Positions 33,452-42,339 of a stretch of DNA of 64,000 nt are shown here, piece by piece. The stretch comes from Escherichia phage vB_EcoM_PHB05. Position 1 is the stretch's first letter; each line of letters opens with the position of its first letter. A program made the translations under genes and the position numbers. A model generated the notes under the pieces. The model had not been told where the DNA came from and searched no databases. It was given only the letters and a program-made list of their open reading frames with translations. The stretch lies in the sequence record NC_052652.1; one strand, given 5' to 3'.

Positions 33452-34858
33452 ATGGCAACTTTTCGTGATAAGGTAGTTTCCGTAACCCTTACCTACGGTG
33501 CTACTTCAATTAGTGAAACACAGTTTGATATCCCTCTAATTCTTACAGGGCATAACGTTACTGGCAATCTTGTAGATTATTTCACTTCTTCAGACGCACT
33601 TCTGCAAGCAGGTTTTGGCACTGCCGACCCAGCTTATAAAATGGCAAAACTACTATTTGACGGTCTGTTCGCACCAGAACAAGTTATCGTCGGTAAGCGT
33701 GATGTTTCTAAAACAACTCTAACTCCAGTAGTTGAAGATAGTGCAACTTACGTTATCACTATTAAAGCAAATTCAAAAAGCAAGGACTTCAAGTTTGTTG
33801 CCGATGATACTGCAACTGCTCAAGAGATTGTTGTTGGTTTAACAGAAATGATCAACGCAGACATGGTGTATAAAGAATTCTTCACTGTGTCAAACGATGG
33901 TAGTGTTATCACTGTAACCCCAGTTGCAGGTAAATACGCTACTATGGATAGTTCAGGATTCACAACTAAAGTAGAATATGCAAATGATATCTTAGAAGAT
34001 ATTGCTAAAATTGCAGATTATGAAAACAGTTGGTTCTGGTTACTATCTGATTCTCACGCAGAACAAGATATTATCGATCTAGCAGGTTATGTAGAAGAGC
34101 ACGATAAAGTGTATTTCTTCTCTACCTCGCAACCAGGTGTTCTAACTAAAGAAGAAGATAACATTCTAGAACGCTTAGGTGATATGGGCTACAATAACAC
34201 TTGTATGGCATTGTGGATGACTAACGCTGATACAGTGTTCCCAGAGGCTGCTGTAGTTGGTTCTATCTGCTCTGCAACACCAGGTACTACTACCCTGCAT
34301 GGTAAAACCCTTGTTGGTATCGAGATTGAAAAACTTGGTCAGACAGCAGAAAACTTTATCGTTCAACAGAATGGTAATATTTACCGTAAAGAACACGGTG
34401 TTCTGTTCTACCGTGATGGTTTCATGGTTAGTGGTTTCTATGTTGACTATGTGGTACACGCTCTGTGGTTCAAAGCTCGCGTAGAAGAATCTCTGTTTGC
34501 TCTATTCAAACAGCAATCTATGCTTGGTAGTGGTGTTAGAGCAACTTCTGCTGGTCTTGCTTTGATTCGTCAGGCTGTTACTGCAAACCCAATCCAAGTA
34601 GGTATTAACAATGGTTCTATTGCCAATGAGGTAGTAACTTCAGAGGAAACAGGACTTCTGGTAAGCCTTAAACCTACTATCTATATCCCATCTCGTGCAG
34701 ATATGACTGATGCTCAAATCAATGCACGTTTGGTTGATGGTATGGTTATTGAATACGTATATGCTGGATTCTTCCACTATGTTAAAGTGCAGGTAAACGT
34801 TCTGACGAACCGCACTGCAAATAGCCAGAATTCCAATAGCTCTACTGTATCTTCATAA
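33452..34858 (+). CDS. tail sheath protein
   Basis: 468-aa ORF immediately upstream of tube, chaperone and tape-measure genes. Confidence 0.5.
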   Translation: MATFRDKVVSVTLTYGATSISETQFDIPLILTGHNVTGNLVDYFTSSDALLQAGFGTADPAYKMAKLLFDGLFAPEQVIVGKRDVSKTTLTPVVEDSATYVITIKANSKSKDFKFVADDTATAQEIVVGLTEMINADMVYKEFFTVSNDGSVITVTPVAGKYATMDSSGFTTKVEYANDILEDIAKIADYENSWFWLLSDSHAEQDIIDLAGYVEEHDKVYFFSTSQPGVLTKEEDNILERLGDMGYNNTCMALWMTNADTVFPEAAVVGSICSATPGTTTLHGKTLVGIEIEKLGQTAENFIVQQNGNIYRKEHGVLFYRDGFMVSGFYVDYVVHALWFKARVEESLFALFKQQSMLGSGVRATSAGLALIRQAVTANPIQVGINNGSIANEVVTSEETGLLVSLKPTIYIPSRADMTDAQINARLVDGMVIEYVYAGFFHYVKVQVNVLTNRTANSQNSNSSTVSS

Positions 34859-34865
34859 TTAAAAG

Positions 34866-34886
34866 CAGCGGGGGCAACCCCGCTTA
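34866..34886 (+). terminator. GC hairpin GCGGGG-GCAA-CCCCGC (attenuator-like, weak T-run)
   Basis: Perfect 6-bp GC stem after sheath gene. Confidence 0.35.
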
Positions 34887-34916
34887 TATGAAAAGTAGTA
34901 TAAAAGGAGATCCACT

Positions 34917-35396
34917 TTGGATAAAATGCTTACTGGCGTAATGGCCTATGATCCTTCTCAAGTAATCCTGTCTTTGGGTGGTTGGGAACCTTGGGGTTTC
35001 GCCGCAGATACCAAAATTGTTATTAACAAAACTAACGATATCATCAACCCATATTCAGGTACTGATGGTGACGTTTCCTTGGCGCTTAGTCGTAACCGTT
35101 TAGGTACGCTAACAATGTCACTGCAACGTACTTCCCCAGCAAACGAAGTTCTTGCTGCTTATGCACAAACGATGTATTCTACTCGTCAAGTAGCATTTAG
35201 CGTATATCTAGAAGACCCTCGCGGATATTATATCAGCACAATTGGTTGGATTCAAAGCCAACCGGACGATACTATTGGTGAAACTATTCAAGAAAACCAA
35301 TGGGTGATCGGTCTTAAAGATGCAAGCCTACTTCGTTCTACTGTAGGTGTTGGTGTTAACGCACTTAACTCTATTAGTGCTCTAACTATTCAGTAA
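34917..35396 (+). CDS. tail tube protein
   Basis: 159-aa ORF after sheath; TTG start 6 nt after AAGGAGA. Confidence 0.45.
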   Translation: MDKMLTGVMAYDPSQVILSLGGWEPWGFAADTKIVINKTNDIINPYSGTDGDVSLALSRNRLGTLTMSLQRTSPANEVLAAYAQTMYSTRQVAFSVYLEDPRGYYISTIGWIQSQPDDTIGETIQENQWVIGLKDASLLRSTVGVGVNALNSISALTIQ

Positions 35397-35400
35397 TAAA

Positions 35401-35426
35401 AAGGGCAGAAATGCCCTTTATTTTTA
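35401..35426 (+). terminator. intrinsic terminator
   Basis: AAGGGCA-GAAA-TGCCCTT hairpin followed by TATTTTT. Confidence 0.6.
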
Positions 35427-35441
35427 AAGAGAGAGGAAATA

Positions 35442-35924
35442 ATGGAACAACAAAAAGATAATACTATTGCAAAATTTGCTCGTCCAGAAGTAATGGTTGA
35501 AATTGATCTGGATGAAGGACGCAGTGTAAAATTTAGAGTTCTCAAGTGGAGTCCAACTAAAGTTTTTGAAAGGATTCCAGAACTAGGTAGTGTACTGGCT
35601 GTTCCTATGACAATGTATAATACTGCTCTTATGTCAGCAGACGAAGATCTAGAAGCTCGTATTGCTATGGCACTGATCCAATTATTCAGTGGTCTGGAAG
35701 AAAAAAACTTAGCTGCATTCTTACGTAAAATTTTAGATGAAGTTTACACAGAAGCAGGACACAGTGTTTCCGATAATTTTGATGAATTGTTTTTTGCTCA
35801 CCCAGAATTAGTTGTTGACTTAGCTGCAAAAGTTCTTGAGGTGAACTATGCCCCTTTTTTCAAACGAGGTTTCGGAAAACTGTTGACCCAATTTCAAGGA
35901 ATAGAGACTCTAGCGAAGAGTTAA
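35442..35924 (+). CDS. tail assembly chaperone (upstream frame)
   Basis: Between tube and tape-measure genes; contains slippery heptamer near its 3' end. Confidence 0.5.
   Translation: MEQQKDNTIAKFARPEVMVEIDLDEGRSVKFRVLKWSPTKVFERIPELGSVLAVPMTMYNTALMSADEDLEARIAMALIQLFSGLEEKNLAAFLRKILDEVYTEAGHSVSDNFDELFFAHPELVVDLAAKVLEVNYAPFFKRGFGKLLTQFQGIETLAKS
35855..35861 (+). promoter_or_regulatory. -1 programmed ribosomal frameshift slippery site T_TTT_TTC
   Basis: X_XXY_YYZ heptamer in frame of 35442-35924; -1 frame is open from here through 36199. Confidence 0.5.
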
Positions 35925-35971
35925 GTCCGGCAATTAAATCAGCAATTGAAATTGCCTCACAAACCCTTAGC

Positions 35972-36199
35972 TTGACATGGTATGAAGTAATTCTTTGTAA
36001 GGTAATTAAGAATACCTCCGAAACCTTGTCCTCGTTAGATAATTATGGTGTAGATTATCTACTTAAAATTTATGAATATTTAACATTCGAAGACTATGTA
36101 CAAGATCTTCACGTTAAAGATGCGGATATTAAACGTGGTCAACAGAGAACAATAAGAGAACTGGATACGGCTATGAAAAAATTAATTCCAGATTCATAA
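35972..36199 (+). CDS. tail assembly chaperone, -1 frame extension (frameshift product C-terminus)
   Basis: In -1 frame relative to 35442-35924 with no stop between slippery site and this ORF. Confidence 0.45.
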   Translation: MTWYEVILCKVIKNTSETLSSLDNYGVDYLLKIYEYLTFEDYVQDLHVKDADIKRGQQRTIRELDTAMKKLIPDS

Positions 36200-36218
36200 G
36201 TAATACGGAGGATTACCC

Positions 36219-38201
36219 TTGTTAGAAATTAACACTTCCAAGATTAAGAATACAGTAACGTTTACTGTAGATAAAGACAGTTTAAAAAATACTAAAGACG
36301 CAATTAAAAACCTTAAAACTTTTACAGAATCTATTGAACCATCTTTAAATATGACTAAAATGCGTCGTCAGTTTAAAAGTATGGAAGAGTATGCTAAAAG
36401 AATAAGGCAGCAAATGTCAGGTCTTGGCGGCGGTAATCCTCCACCAATCCCACCAACCGGAGGTTCAAGGGGCGGTGGTGGAAAAGGAGGAAGTGGTAGA
36501 GGTGGTTCTGGATCTTCTGGAGGACGTAAAACACCAGAGGAAAGAGCCGCAGAAGCCGCCGCTAAACGTGCAGCACTTGCTAATATGAAGCAAGACGATT
36601 TTAGTTTTAAAGCTATGCCTTTTACAAAAGCAGACAGCAGAATTCTAGAAAAATCTAAAAAGATTGTAGAAGAAACTGTTGAACTTTATCGTAAAGGCGT
36701 GATCACTAGCCAACAAATGAATAATACTTTGGCTAGACAGTTAGAAGAACTACGCAGATCTCATAAAGAGAAGAATGCACAGCTTCTTGATGAAGAGAGA
36801 GCTAGACGTAGAATTGCCCGTCTGCAAGAAGCAGAAGATAAAAGAAGACAGCGTATCCGAGAAAGAGAAAGAAAGGATTTCGAACGTCAGCAAAGAAGAG
36901 AGAAAGAAGCAAGACAACGCGACAGACAACGTAAGCTATCTGGTGTAGGTAATGCTGCCATTGCTCTTAACCCTGCTATGTTCGGTGCTGCTCTTTTAGG
37001 TGCTGGTTTATATCAAGGTATAAGTAAAATTGCCGAAAGTATTACTGCATCGGCAGAGCGTGTTAATATGGTTAGTAGAGGTGGTCAGAACGTACAGGTA
37101 AACCCTAACGCAATCTTAACAATGCGTACTTGGGGTGAAATGAACGGTGTAGACTCTGCTAGTATTATTAAAGCTATTGATAACCTTAAAGACGTTCGTG
37201 AACGTTTAGGTAACACTGTACTCCACTCTGAATTTGATGAAAAATCAGGTAAATGGAAAGGTGGAGATAGTGGTATTAATGAAATCATGAACAAATTTGG
37301 TTGGTCGAAGGAAGATGTTGCTAAATTCCAGAACAGACCTTTAGACTTTGTTCAAGCACTTGTTAATGAAGGTCAAAAAAGAGGAATGAACTCTGCGCAA
37401 ATTGGTCGTCTGATGGAAAACCTTGGTGATGACTTAATGCACTACCAACGTATGTTTTTGGACAATGGTAAAGAGTTTATGGAAGTCCTGAGAATGTTAA
37501 GTAATTCAGGTGCAACTCTTAACGATGAAAACATCAAAGCAGCACAAGATTTTGTTAAACTAAGAGCAGAAATTAGTGCAGCAGGAGAAGGTTTTACCAA
37601 TAACTTACTTGTAGGTTTTATGGATGGTTTAAAATCTGCACCAGATTTTGCAGAGAATATGAAAACTTTCCAAGAGGCTGCTCGTGGTCTTGGTGAAATG
37701 TCTGGTAGTATTGTAAGTAGCCTTGCAAAAATTGCAAAATATTTCCTTGATTTTTCAAATAAGGTTGGGCCAAAAAACAATACTAAAGAAGCTGTAAGAG
37801 ATTATTATAATGGTACGCAGTATGGGTACGATGCACAGGTTGGTGGTAATCCTTGGGCTTATTGGCCTATTGGAAGAGATCAACATAAACCTGAAAATCA
37901 ACCTTTAGGTGACTTTGATAGTAGTTTCTTAACTAGCGCCTTAAATCCAAGTGCTTCTAGTATTGGTTACAACAGACCTGATTTAACAGCATCTATGCTA
38001 ACACCACGCCAAGGTGTTCCAATACCGTTAAATCTACAGAATACGGTTGTTATCCCAGACAACGCATTCCAGATTAATGTTATTCCAGATGGTTATGGTT
38101 TTAGTAATTATCTAGATGCAACAATGAATACCAGTTTTAGTAACTTCTCACAAGGTTTAACTCTTCAGTTAAGCAGTGGACAATCTTCTACTGGTGGTTA
38201 A
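36219..38201 (+). CDS. tail tape measure protein
   Basis: 660 aa; Gly-rich segment, Arg/Glu-rich coiled coil, hydrophobic segment MFGAALLGAGL; TTG start after ACGGAGGA. Confidence 0.55.
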   Translation: MLEINTSKIKNTVTFTVDKDSLKNTKDAIKNLKTFTESIEPSLNMTKMRRQFKSMEEYAKRIRQQMSGLGGGNPPPIPPTGGSRGGGGKGGSGRGGSGSSGGRKTPEERAAEAAAKRAALANMKQDDFSFKAMPFTKADSRILEKSKKIVEETVELYRKGVITSQQMNNTLARQLEELRRSHKEKNAQLLDEERARRRIARLQEAEDKRRQRIRERERKDFERQQRREKEARQRDRQRKLSGVGNAAIALNPAMFGAALLGAGLYQGISKIAESITASAERVNMVSRGGQNVQVNPNAILTMRTWGEMNGVDSASIIKAIDNLKDVRERLGNTVLHSEFDEKSGKWKGGDSGINEIMNKFGWSKEDVAKFQNRPLDFVQALVNEGQKRGMNSAQIGRLMENLGDDLMHYQRMFLDNGKEFMEVLRMLSNSGATLNDENIKAAQDFVKLRAEISAAGEGFTNNLLVGFMDGLKSAPDFAENMKTFQEAARGLGEMSGSIVSSLAKIAKYFLDFSNKVGPKNNTKEAVRDYYNGTQYGYDAQVGGNPWAYWPIGRDQHKPENQPLGDFDSSFLTSALNPSASSIGYNRPDLTASMLTPRQGVPIPLNLQNTVVIPDNAFQINVIPDGYGFSNYLDATMNTSFSNFSQGLTLQLSSGQSSTGG

Positions 38202-38208
38202 TGGATAA

Positions 38209-38236
38209 AGCCTCGCTTCGGCGGGGCTTTTTATTT
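38209..38236 (+). terminator. intrinsic terminator
   Basis: AGCCTCGC-TTCG-GCGGGGCT hairpin followed by TTTTATTT. Confidence 0.65.
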
Positions 38237-38239
38237 GTC

Positions 38240-38269
38240 TTGACAAAGAGTTGTTTTTCGTGATAAAAT
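38240..38269 (+). promoter_or_regulatory. promoter TTGACA-N18-TAAAAT with extended -10 TG
   Basis: Immediately after terminator, upstream of baseplate genes. Confidence 0.5.
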
Positions 38270-38316
38270 GAGTGATAAGGGAGAATGTTTCTTATCACAT
38301 TAAGAGGTAAAATTAT

Positions 38317-39033
38317 ATGGCAGCAAACACTCCAGAACAACACGTTCAAGCGGTTTATAAAGCGGAACAAGATATAAATTCTACAAAAAACACAAATAAC
38401 TCTGCCTCTACTGTGAAAGGGGAGAATGGTTTTTGTATTTTAGCAAGTGTTTACAATAGTGCAAGTGATCAATATATTCAAAACTACCAAGCTATAGTTT
38501 TTGATGCTGTGCCAAATATCGGTGTAAAACGCCAAGCAGATGTTACTAGCTATCCTGTAGAAAATGGTGCTAATGTGTCGGATCACGTTCAAGTTAAAAA
38601 TAATACTTTCTCTTTATCCGGGATGATTACAGAGACACCTGTAAGATTGATGCGGGATATGTTATATAGTGCTGGTGTTAACGGTACTCGTATCAGTCAA
38701 GCAATTACTTACTTAGATAAAATATTTGATGAAAGACAGCCTATCATTTTAATAACAGAACATAAGGTGTATGAGAATGTTATTTTGAAAGGCATATCAT
38801 ATGAATATCAAACAGAGTATGCAATGCAATTTGACTTGGAATTTGAACAAGTAAGATTAGTTTCTTACGGAGAAACCAACGCTATTGCACTTAAGACTCA
38901 ACCAAATAAAAACACAGGTGTTAAGAACAAAACAAACGCAACAGGTAGCAAACCAGATGCTGATTTGAACAAACGAGCAGGACAAGCAACAGGCACTGAA
39001 CATTTAAGTAATGACAGTCCAGACGGTAAGTAA
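38317..39033 (+). CDS. baseplate/tail structural protein (hypothetical)
   Basis: 238-aa ORF with RBS. Confidence 0.35.
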   Translation: MAANTPEQHVQAVYKAEQDINSTKNTNNSASTVKGENGFCILASVYNSASDQYIQNYQAIVFDAVPNIGVKRQADVTSYPVENGANVSDHVQVKNNTFSLSGMITETPVRLMRDMLYSAGVNGTRISQAITYLDKIFDERQPIILITEHKVYENVILKGISYEYQTEYAMQFDLEFEQVRLVSYGETNAIALKTQPNKNTGVKNKTNATGSKPDADLNKRAGQATGTEHLSNDSPDGK

Positions 39034-39047
39034 TAAGGAGTAATATT

Positions 39048-39467
39048 TTGGCTATTTCATCTTATTCAAGAGTAAGTAGAAGCACTTCAAACAGCGGATA
39101 TAACGCGGTATTTATTGATCAAAAGTTAGGTTATTCTTCTTGGTACTTACCTACAGAACAGTACCCAGATCAAACATATACAGTAACTCTCGATGGAGTA
39201 GATTATGACATACGTTTGAGATGGAATACAAGAGATCAAGCGTGGCAAATGCAATTAGGATTATCAGGAGACAATCCTAGTGTAACTTTTAAAGTAACCA
39301 ATGGTTTAGATCTTCTAGAACCATATAAGTATATAGAATCTGTGCCGGATGGTCAACTTTATTTGGTAGATACTGTTAAAATAAACGGTAGACCTAATTA
39401 CTATGACACAGGTGTAGATAAAAGATTTGCTTTGGTTTATATCGACGCTCTTCCATATCAAGCATGA
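39048..39467 (+). CDS. baseplate/tail structural protein (hypothetical)
   Basis: TTG start after AAGGAG. Confidence 0.35.
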   Translation: MAISSYSRVSRSTSNSGYNAVFIDQKLGYSSWYLPTEQYPDQTYTVTLDGVDYDIRLRWNTRDQAWQMQLGLSGDNPSVTFKVTNGLDLLEPYKYIESVPDGQLYLVDTVKINGRPNYYDTGVDKRFALVYIDALPYQA

Positions 39468-39483
39468 TAAAAGGAGTTTTTAA

Positions 39484-40494
39484 ATGGCAGAAGAAAGAAA
39501 TTACACAAAAGCTCCTGCACCCAATCTAAACAGAGCATACAAACTGTTAATAGGTACAGCTACTAATACTAAAGAAAAAAGGACAAAAAATTCCTCTTTC
39601 AAATCTACAGTAGACTTAGATACTAAACTAGGGGATGCTAAAAAATCAACCCCTAATTTGTATGTTATTACGGAGCACCAAATATCTTTCACAATAAGAA
39701 AAGATAATAATAAAGATCCTAATCAAGCCGAGATAACTATTTATAACCTAAGTGATGATACTGTTAATTATATTAACAAAGGTATTCGTAACAACTTGGC
39801 TGTTGCTTTGGCAGTAGGTTATGAAGGTCAAGAGTTAATTATGATCTTTAAGGGAACGGTGCAGTGGGTGAGTGATACCTTTAACAATACAGACAGACGT
39901 ACAGTGTTACATTGTCTGGATGGTGGTATTAACATCTCCGAAGCAAGGACAAGCAGAAGTTATCCGAAAGGTACAAAAGTAAGTAAGGTTGTTAAAGATT
40001 TAGTTAAAGATTTAGGTACTACAGAAGGTAATATTCACGTAGATACAGAGAAAACTTTATCATCTGCAACAGCTATGTGTGGGAACACATCACATTACTT
40101 AGAAAGTATCTGTAAAGGTATTGATCATAATGTGTCAATACAAGACGGATCTGTTTACGTGACACCAAGATCACAAATGTCTAGTGCAAGATGTGCATAT
40201 ATTAGCGCAGAAACAGGTTTAATTGGTAGTCCAGAACCTTTCCACAATGATATTAAACCGACACAAAAAGTAACCAAATCTTCTAAGAAAGCTAAAAAGC
40301 CTACAGATGGTGTTAAGTTCAGATGTGAAATGAACGGTGCTATCTTACCAGAAAAAACTGTTTGGCTCAAGAGCCATAACTACGATGGTGGTTTTAAGGT
40401 GGTGTCTGTTGTTCATACAGGCGATAGGGAAGGTAAAGACTGGACAACTGAAGTAGAGTCTGTATCTGTATCTGCAATTATTAAGAAGGGCTAG
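39484..40494 (+). CDS. baseplate structural protein (hypothetical)
   Basis: 336-aa ORF with AAAGGAG RBS. Confidence 0.35.
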   Translation: MAEERNYTKAPAPNLNRAYKLLIGTATNTKEKRTKNSSFKSTVDLDTKLGDAKKSTPNLYVITEHQISFTIRKDNNKDPNQAEITIYNLSDDTVNYINKGIRNNLAVALAVGYEGQELIMIFKGTVQWVSDTFNNTDRRTVLHCLDGGINISEARTSRSYPKGTKVSKVVKDLVKDLGTTEGNIHVDTEKTLSSATAMCGNTSHYLESICKGIDHNVSIQDGSVYVTPRSQMSSARCAYISAETGLIGSPEPFHNDIKPTQKVTKSSKKAKKPTDGVKFRCEMNGAILPEKTVWLKSHNYDGGFKVVSVVHTGDREGKDWTTEVESVSVSAIIKKG

Positions 40495-40496
40495 AA

Positions 40497-41234
40497 ATGG
40501 ATGCTTTAAATTTTGTAACAGCAATCCGTGGATTAATCAACGAACAAGTTGCGGAAGTACATACATCTTTACCTGTAAGGGTAATTGGTGTAGATTATGG
40601 ATCTAAGACAGTAACTTTAGAATCTATTGTAAAAAACACCAGATCTACTGAAGATGAAATAGATTACCCAACATTCCACGATGTTCCTTTTATGGTAAAT
40701 GGTGGTGGTACAGGTAGAATTTCATTTCCAATTAAAGCAGGAGATATTGGTGTTGTTGTCTTTTCGGAAAGAGATCCGTCGAATGCTTTCCAGACAGATG
40801 GAGATACAGCCAGCAGCGGAACATTAATTCAACCTTGCGGTTTGTATCCAGCCTGTTTTATTCCTAAGATAGCAACAGCTACAGATTCTTCAGAAGAAGT
40901 AGATTCTGAAAAAGTTGTTATCTCAAATAATAAGCAAACTTACGCTTCGTTTGATCCTAACGGTAATATATCTGTGTACAACACACAAGGTATGAAAATA
41001 GATATGACACCAAACAGTATCGTTCTTACTGATGCAGGAGGAGGAAAACTTACACTGCAAGGTGGGACTATGACATATAAAGGTGGCACTGTAAATTTAA
41101 ACGGTTTAACAATCACACCTGACGGTCGTATGAAAGATAGTGGTGGCATTGGTTTACACACACATACACACCCTGTACGCGGTGTTGAAACTGGTGGTAG
41201 CACTGTTACTTCCGACAAACCAAATGGAGGTTAA
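40497..41234 (+). CDS. baseplate central spike protein (gpV-like)
   Basis: C-terminal Gly-rich beta-helix-like repeats and HTHTH metal-binding-like apex motif. Confidence 0.45.
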   Translation: MDALNFVTAIRGLINEQVAEVHTSLPVRVIGVDYGSKTVTLESIVKNTRSTEDEIDYPTFHDVPFMVNGGGTGRISFPIKAGDIGVVVFSERDPSNAFQTDGDTASSGTLIQPCGLYPACFIPKIATATDSSEEVDSEKVVISNNKQTYASFDPNGNISVYNTQGMKIDMTPNSIVLTDAGGGKLTLQGGTMTYKGGTVNLNGLTITPDGRMKDSGGIGLHTHTHPVRGVETGGSTVTSDKPNGG

Positions 41235-41237
41235 CAG

Positions 41238-41873
41238 ATGGGAATACCATTTGATTTAAAACTTGATGGTTCTAACGATTTAGTAATGGTGGATGGTGAT
41301 TTAACACTAACCACAACTAAAAGTGAAATTGCAGCACAGACGCTTGGAATAACACTTAGAACTTTCCGTGGAGAATGGTTCCTCAATTCTAATTTTGGGG
41401 TTCCATATCTGCAAGAGATTATTGGTGTTGCCAAGAAGAAAGAGATTGTTGATCGCATTTTCTTATCAACTATCGCAAGTAATGTTTATATAGATAATAT
41501 TAATTCCTACACGTCCTCTTATGATAGAGATGATAGGTATTACTCAATGAACGTTACTGTTACAGTTGGTGAACAAGTTGTTAGTGCGCTGTTCAGTACA
41601 CAGCCGTCTGAAGAATATATTTATCCAGAAGCTGGTGATGATAATGCAGCAATCACTTGTGAAGCATTTGAAATTGTTGAATCTGCAAATAGACTCTATC
41701 GCTTTATTAACATTGTTGGTCTTCCTAAAGATACTTATTCTACTTGGTGGAATGAATGGTCTAACGAGGCATTGCTTGAAAAATACCTTGTTAACGAAGC
41801 CAATAAAGGTCTTGCAACCAATTACAACTATGCTATAACAGCAACAATGGGAGCTACAAATAATAATGGCTGA
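41238..41873 (+). CDS. baseplate wedge protein (gpW/gp25-like)
   Basis: N-terminal GIPFDLKLDGSNDLVMVDGDL...FRGEWFLNSNFGVPY pattern typical of the gpW/gp25 family. Confidence 0.45.
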   Translation: MGIPFDLKLDGSNDLVMVDGDLTLTTTKSEIAAQTLGITLRTFRGEWFLNSNFGVPYLQEIIGVAKKKEIVDRIFLSTIASNVYIDNINSYTSSYDRDDRYYSMNVTVTVGEQVVSALFSTQPSEEYIYPEAGDDNAAITCEAFEIVESANRLYRFINIVGLPKDTYSTWWNEWSNEALLEKYLVNEANKGLATNYNYAITATMGATNNNG

Positions 41874-42339
41874 TTTAACTACAATCAAGGTGTCTGATCT
41901 ACCTGTAACAACATCTGTTTCAGACACAGATTATTTTGTAACAGATCAATCAGGTATCACTAAGAAAACATCGTTACGTGTTCTTCTTGCGGGTGCTGGT
42001 GTTACACGAAATCGTCTTTCTGCAAGGGGTACTGTCACAAATACCCTAGCTTTAGATATTAGCACGGCAGAGTATTTCTCTGCCACTTTATCTAGTCCAA
42101 CTTGCAGTATTTCATTTAGTAATGTTCCAGTTACAACTAACATTGTTCAAAACTTTACTCTATCCCTACGTCAAGGAAGTGGAGCAAATAAAGTAACGTG
42201 GCCTCAATCTGTTAAATGGAGTTTTGGTCGCGCTCCTGTTTTGAGTTATAAACAGGGAGCTACAGATATTTTTGAATTTGTTAGTTATGATAATGGAGCT
42301 ACCTGGATAGGTAGTTTAGTGATGGCAGGAGTGATTTAA
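41866..42339 (+). CDS. tail fibre-related protein (hypothetical)
   Basis: N-terminus resembles that of the tailspike at 47392. Confidence 0.35.
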   Translation: MADLTTIKVSDLPVTTSVSDTDYFVTDQSGITKKTSLRVLLAGAGVTRNRLSARGTVTNTLALDISTAEYFSATLSSPTCSISFSNVPVTTNIVQNFTLSLRQGSGANKVTWPQSVKWSFGRAPVLSYKQGATDIFEFVSYDNGATWIGSLVMAGVI

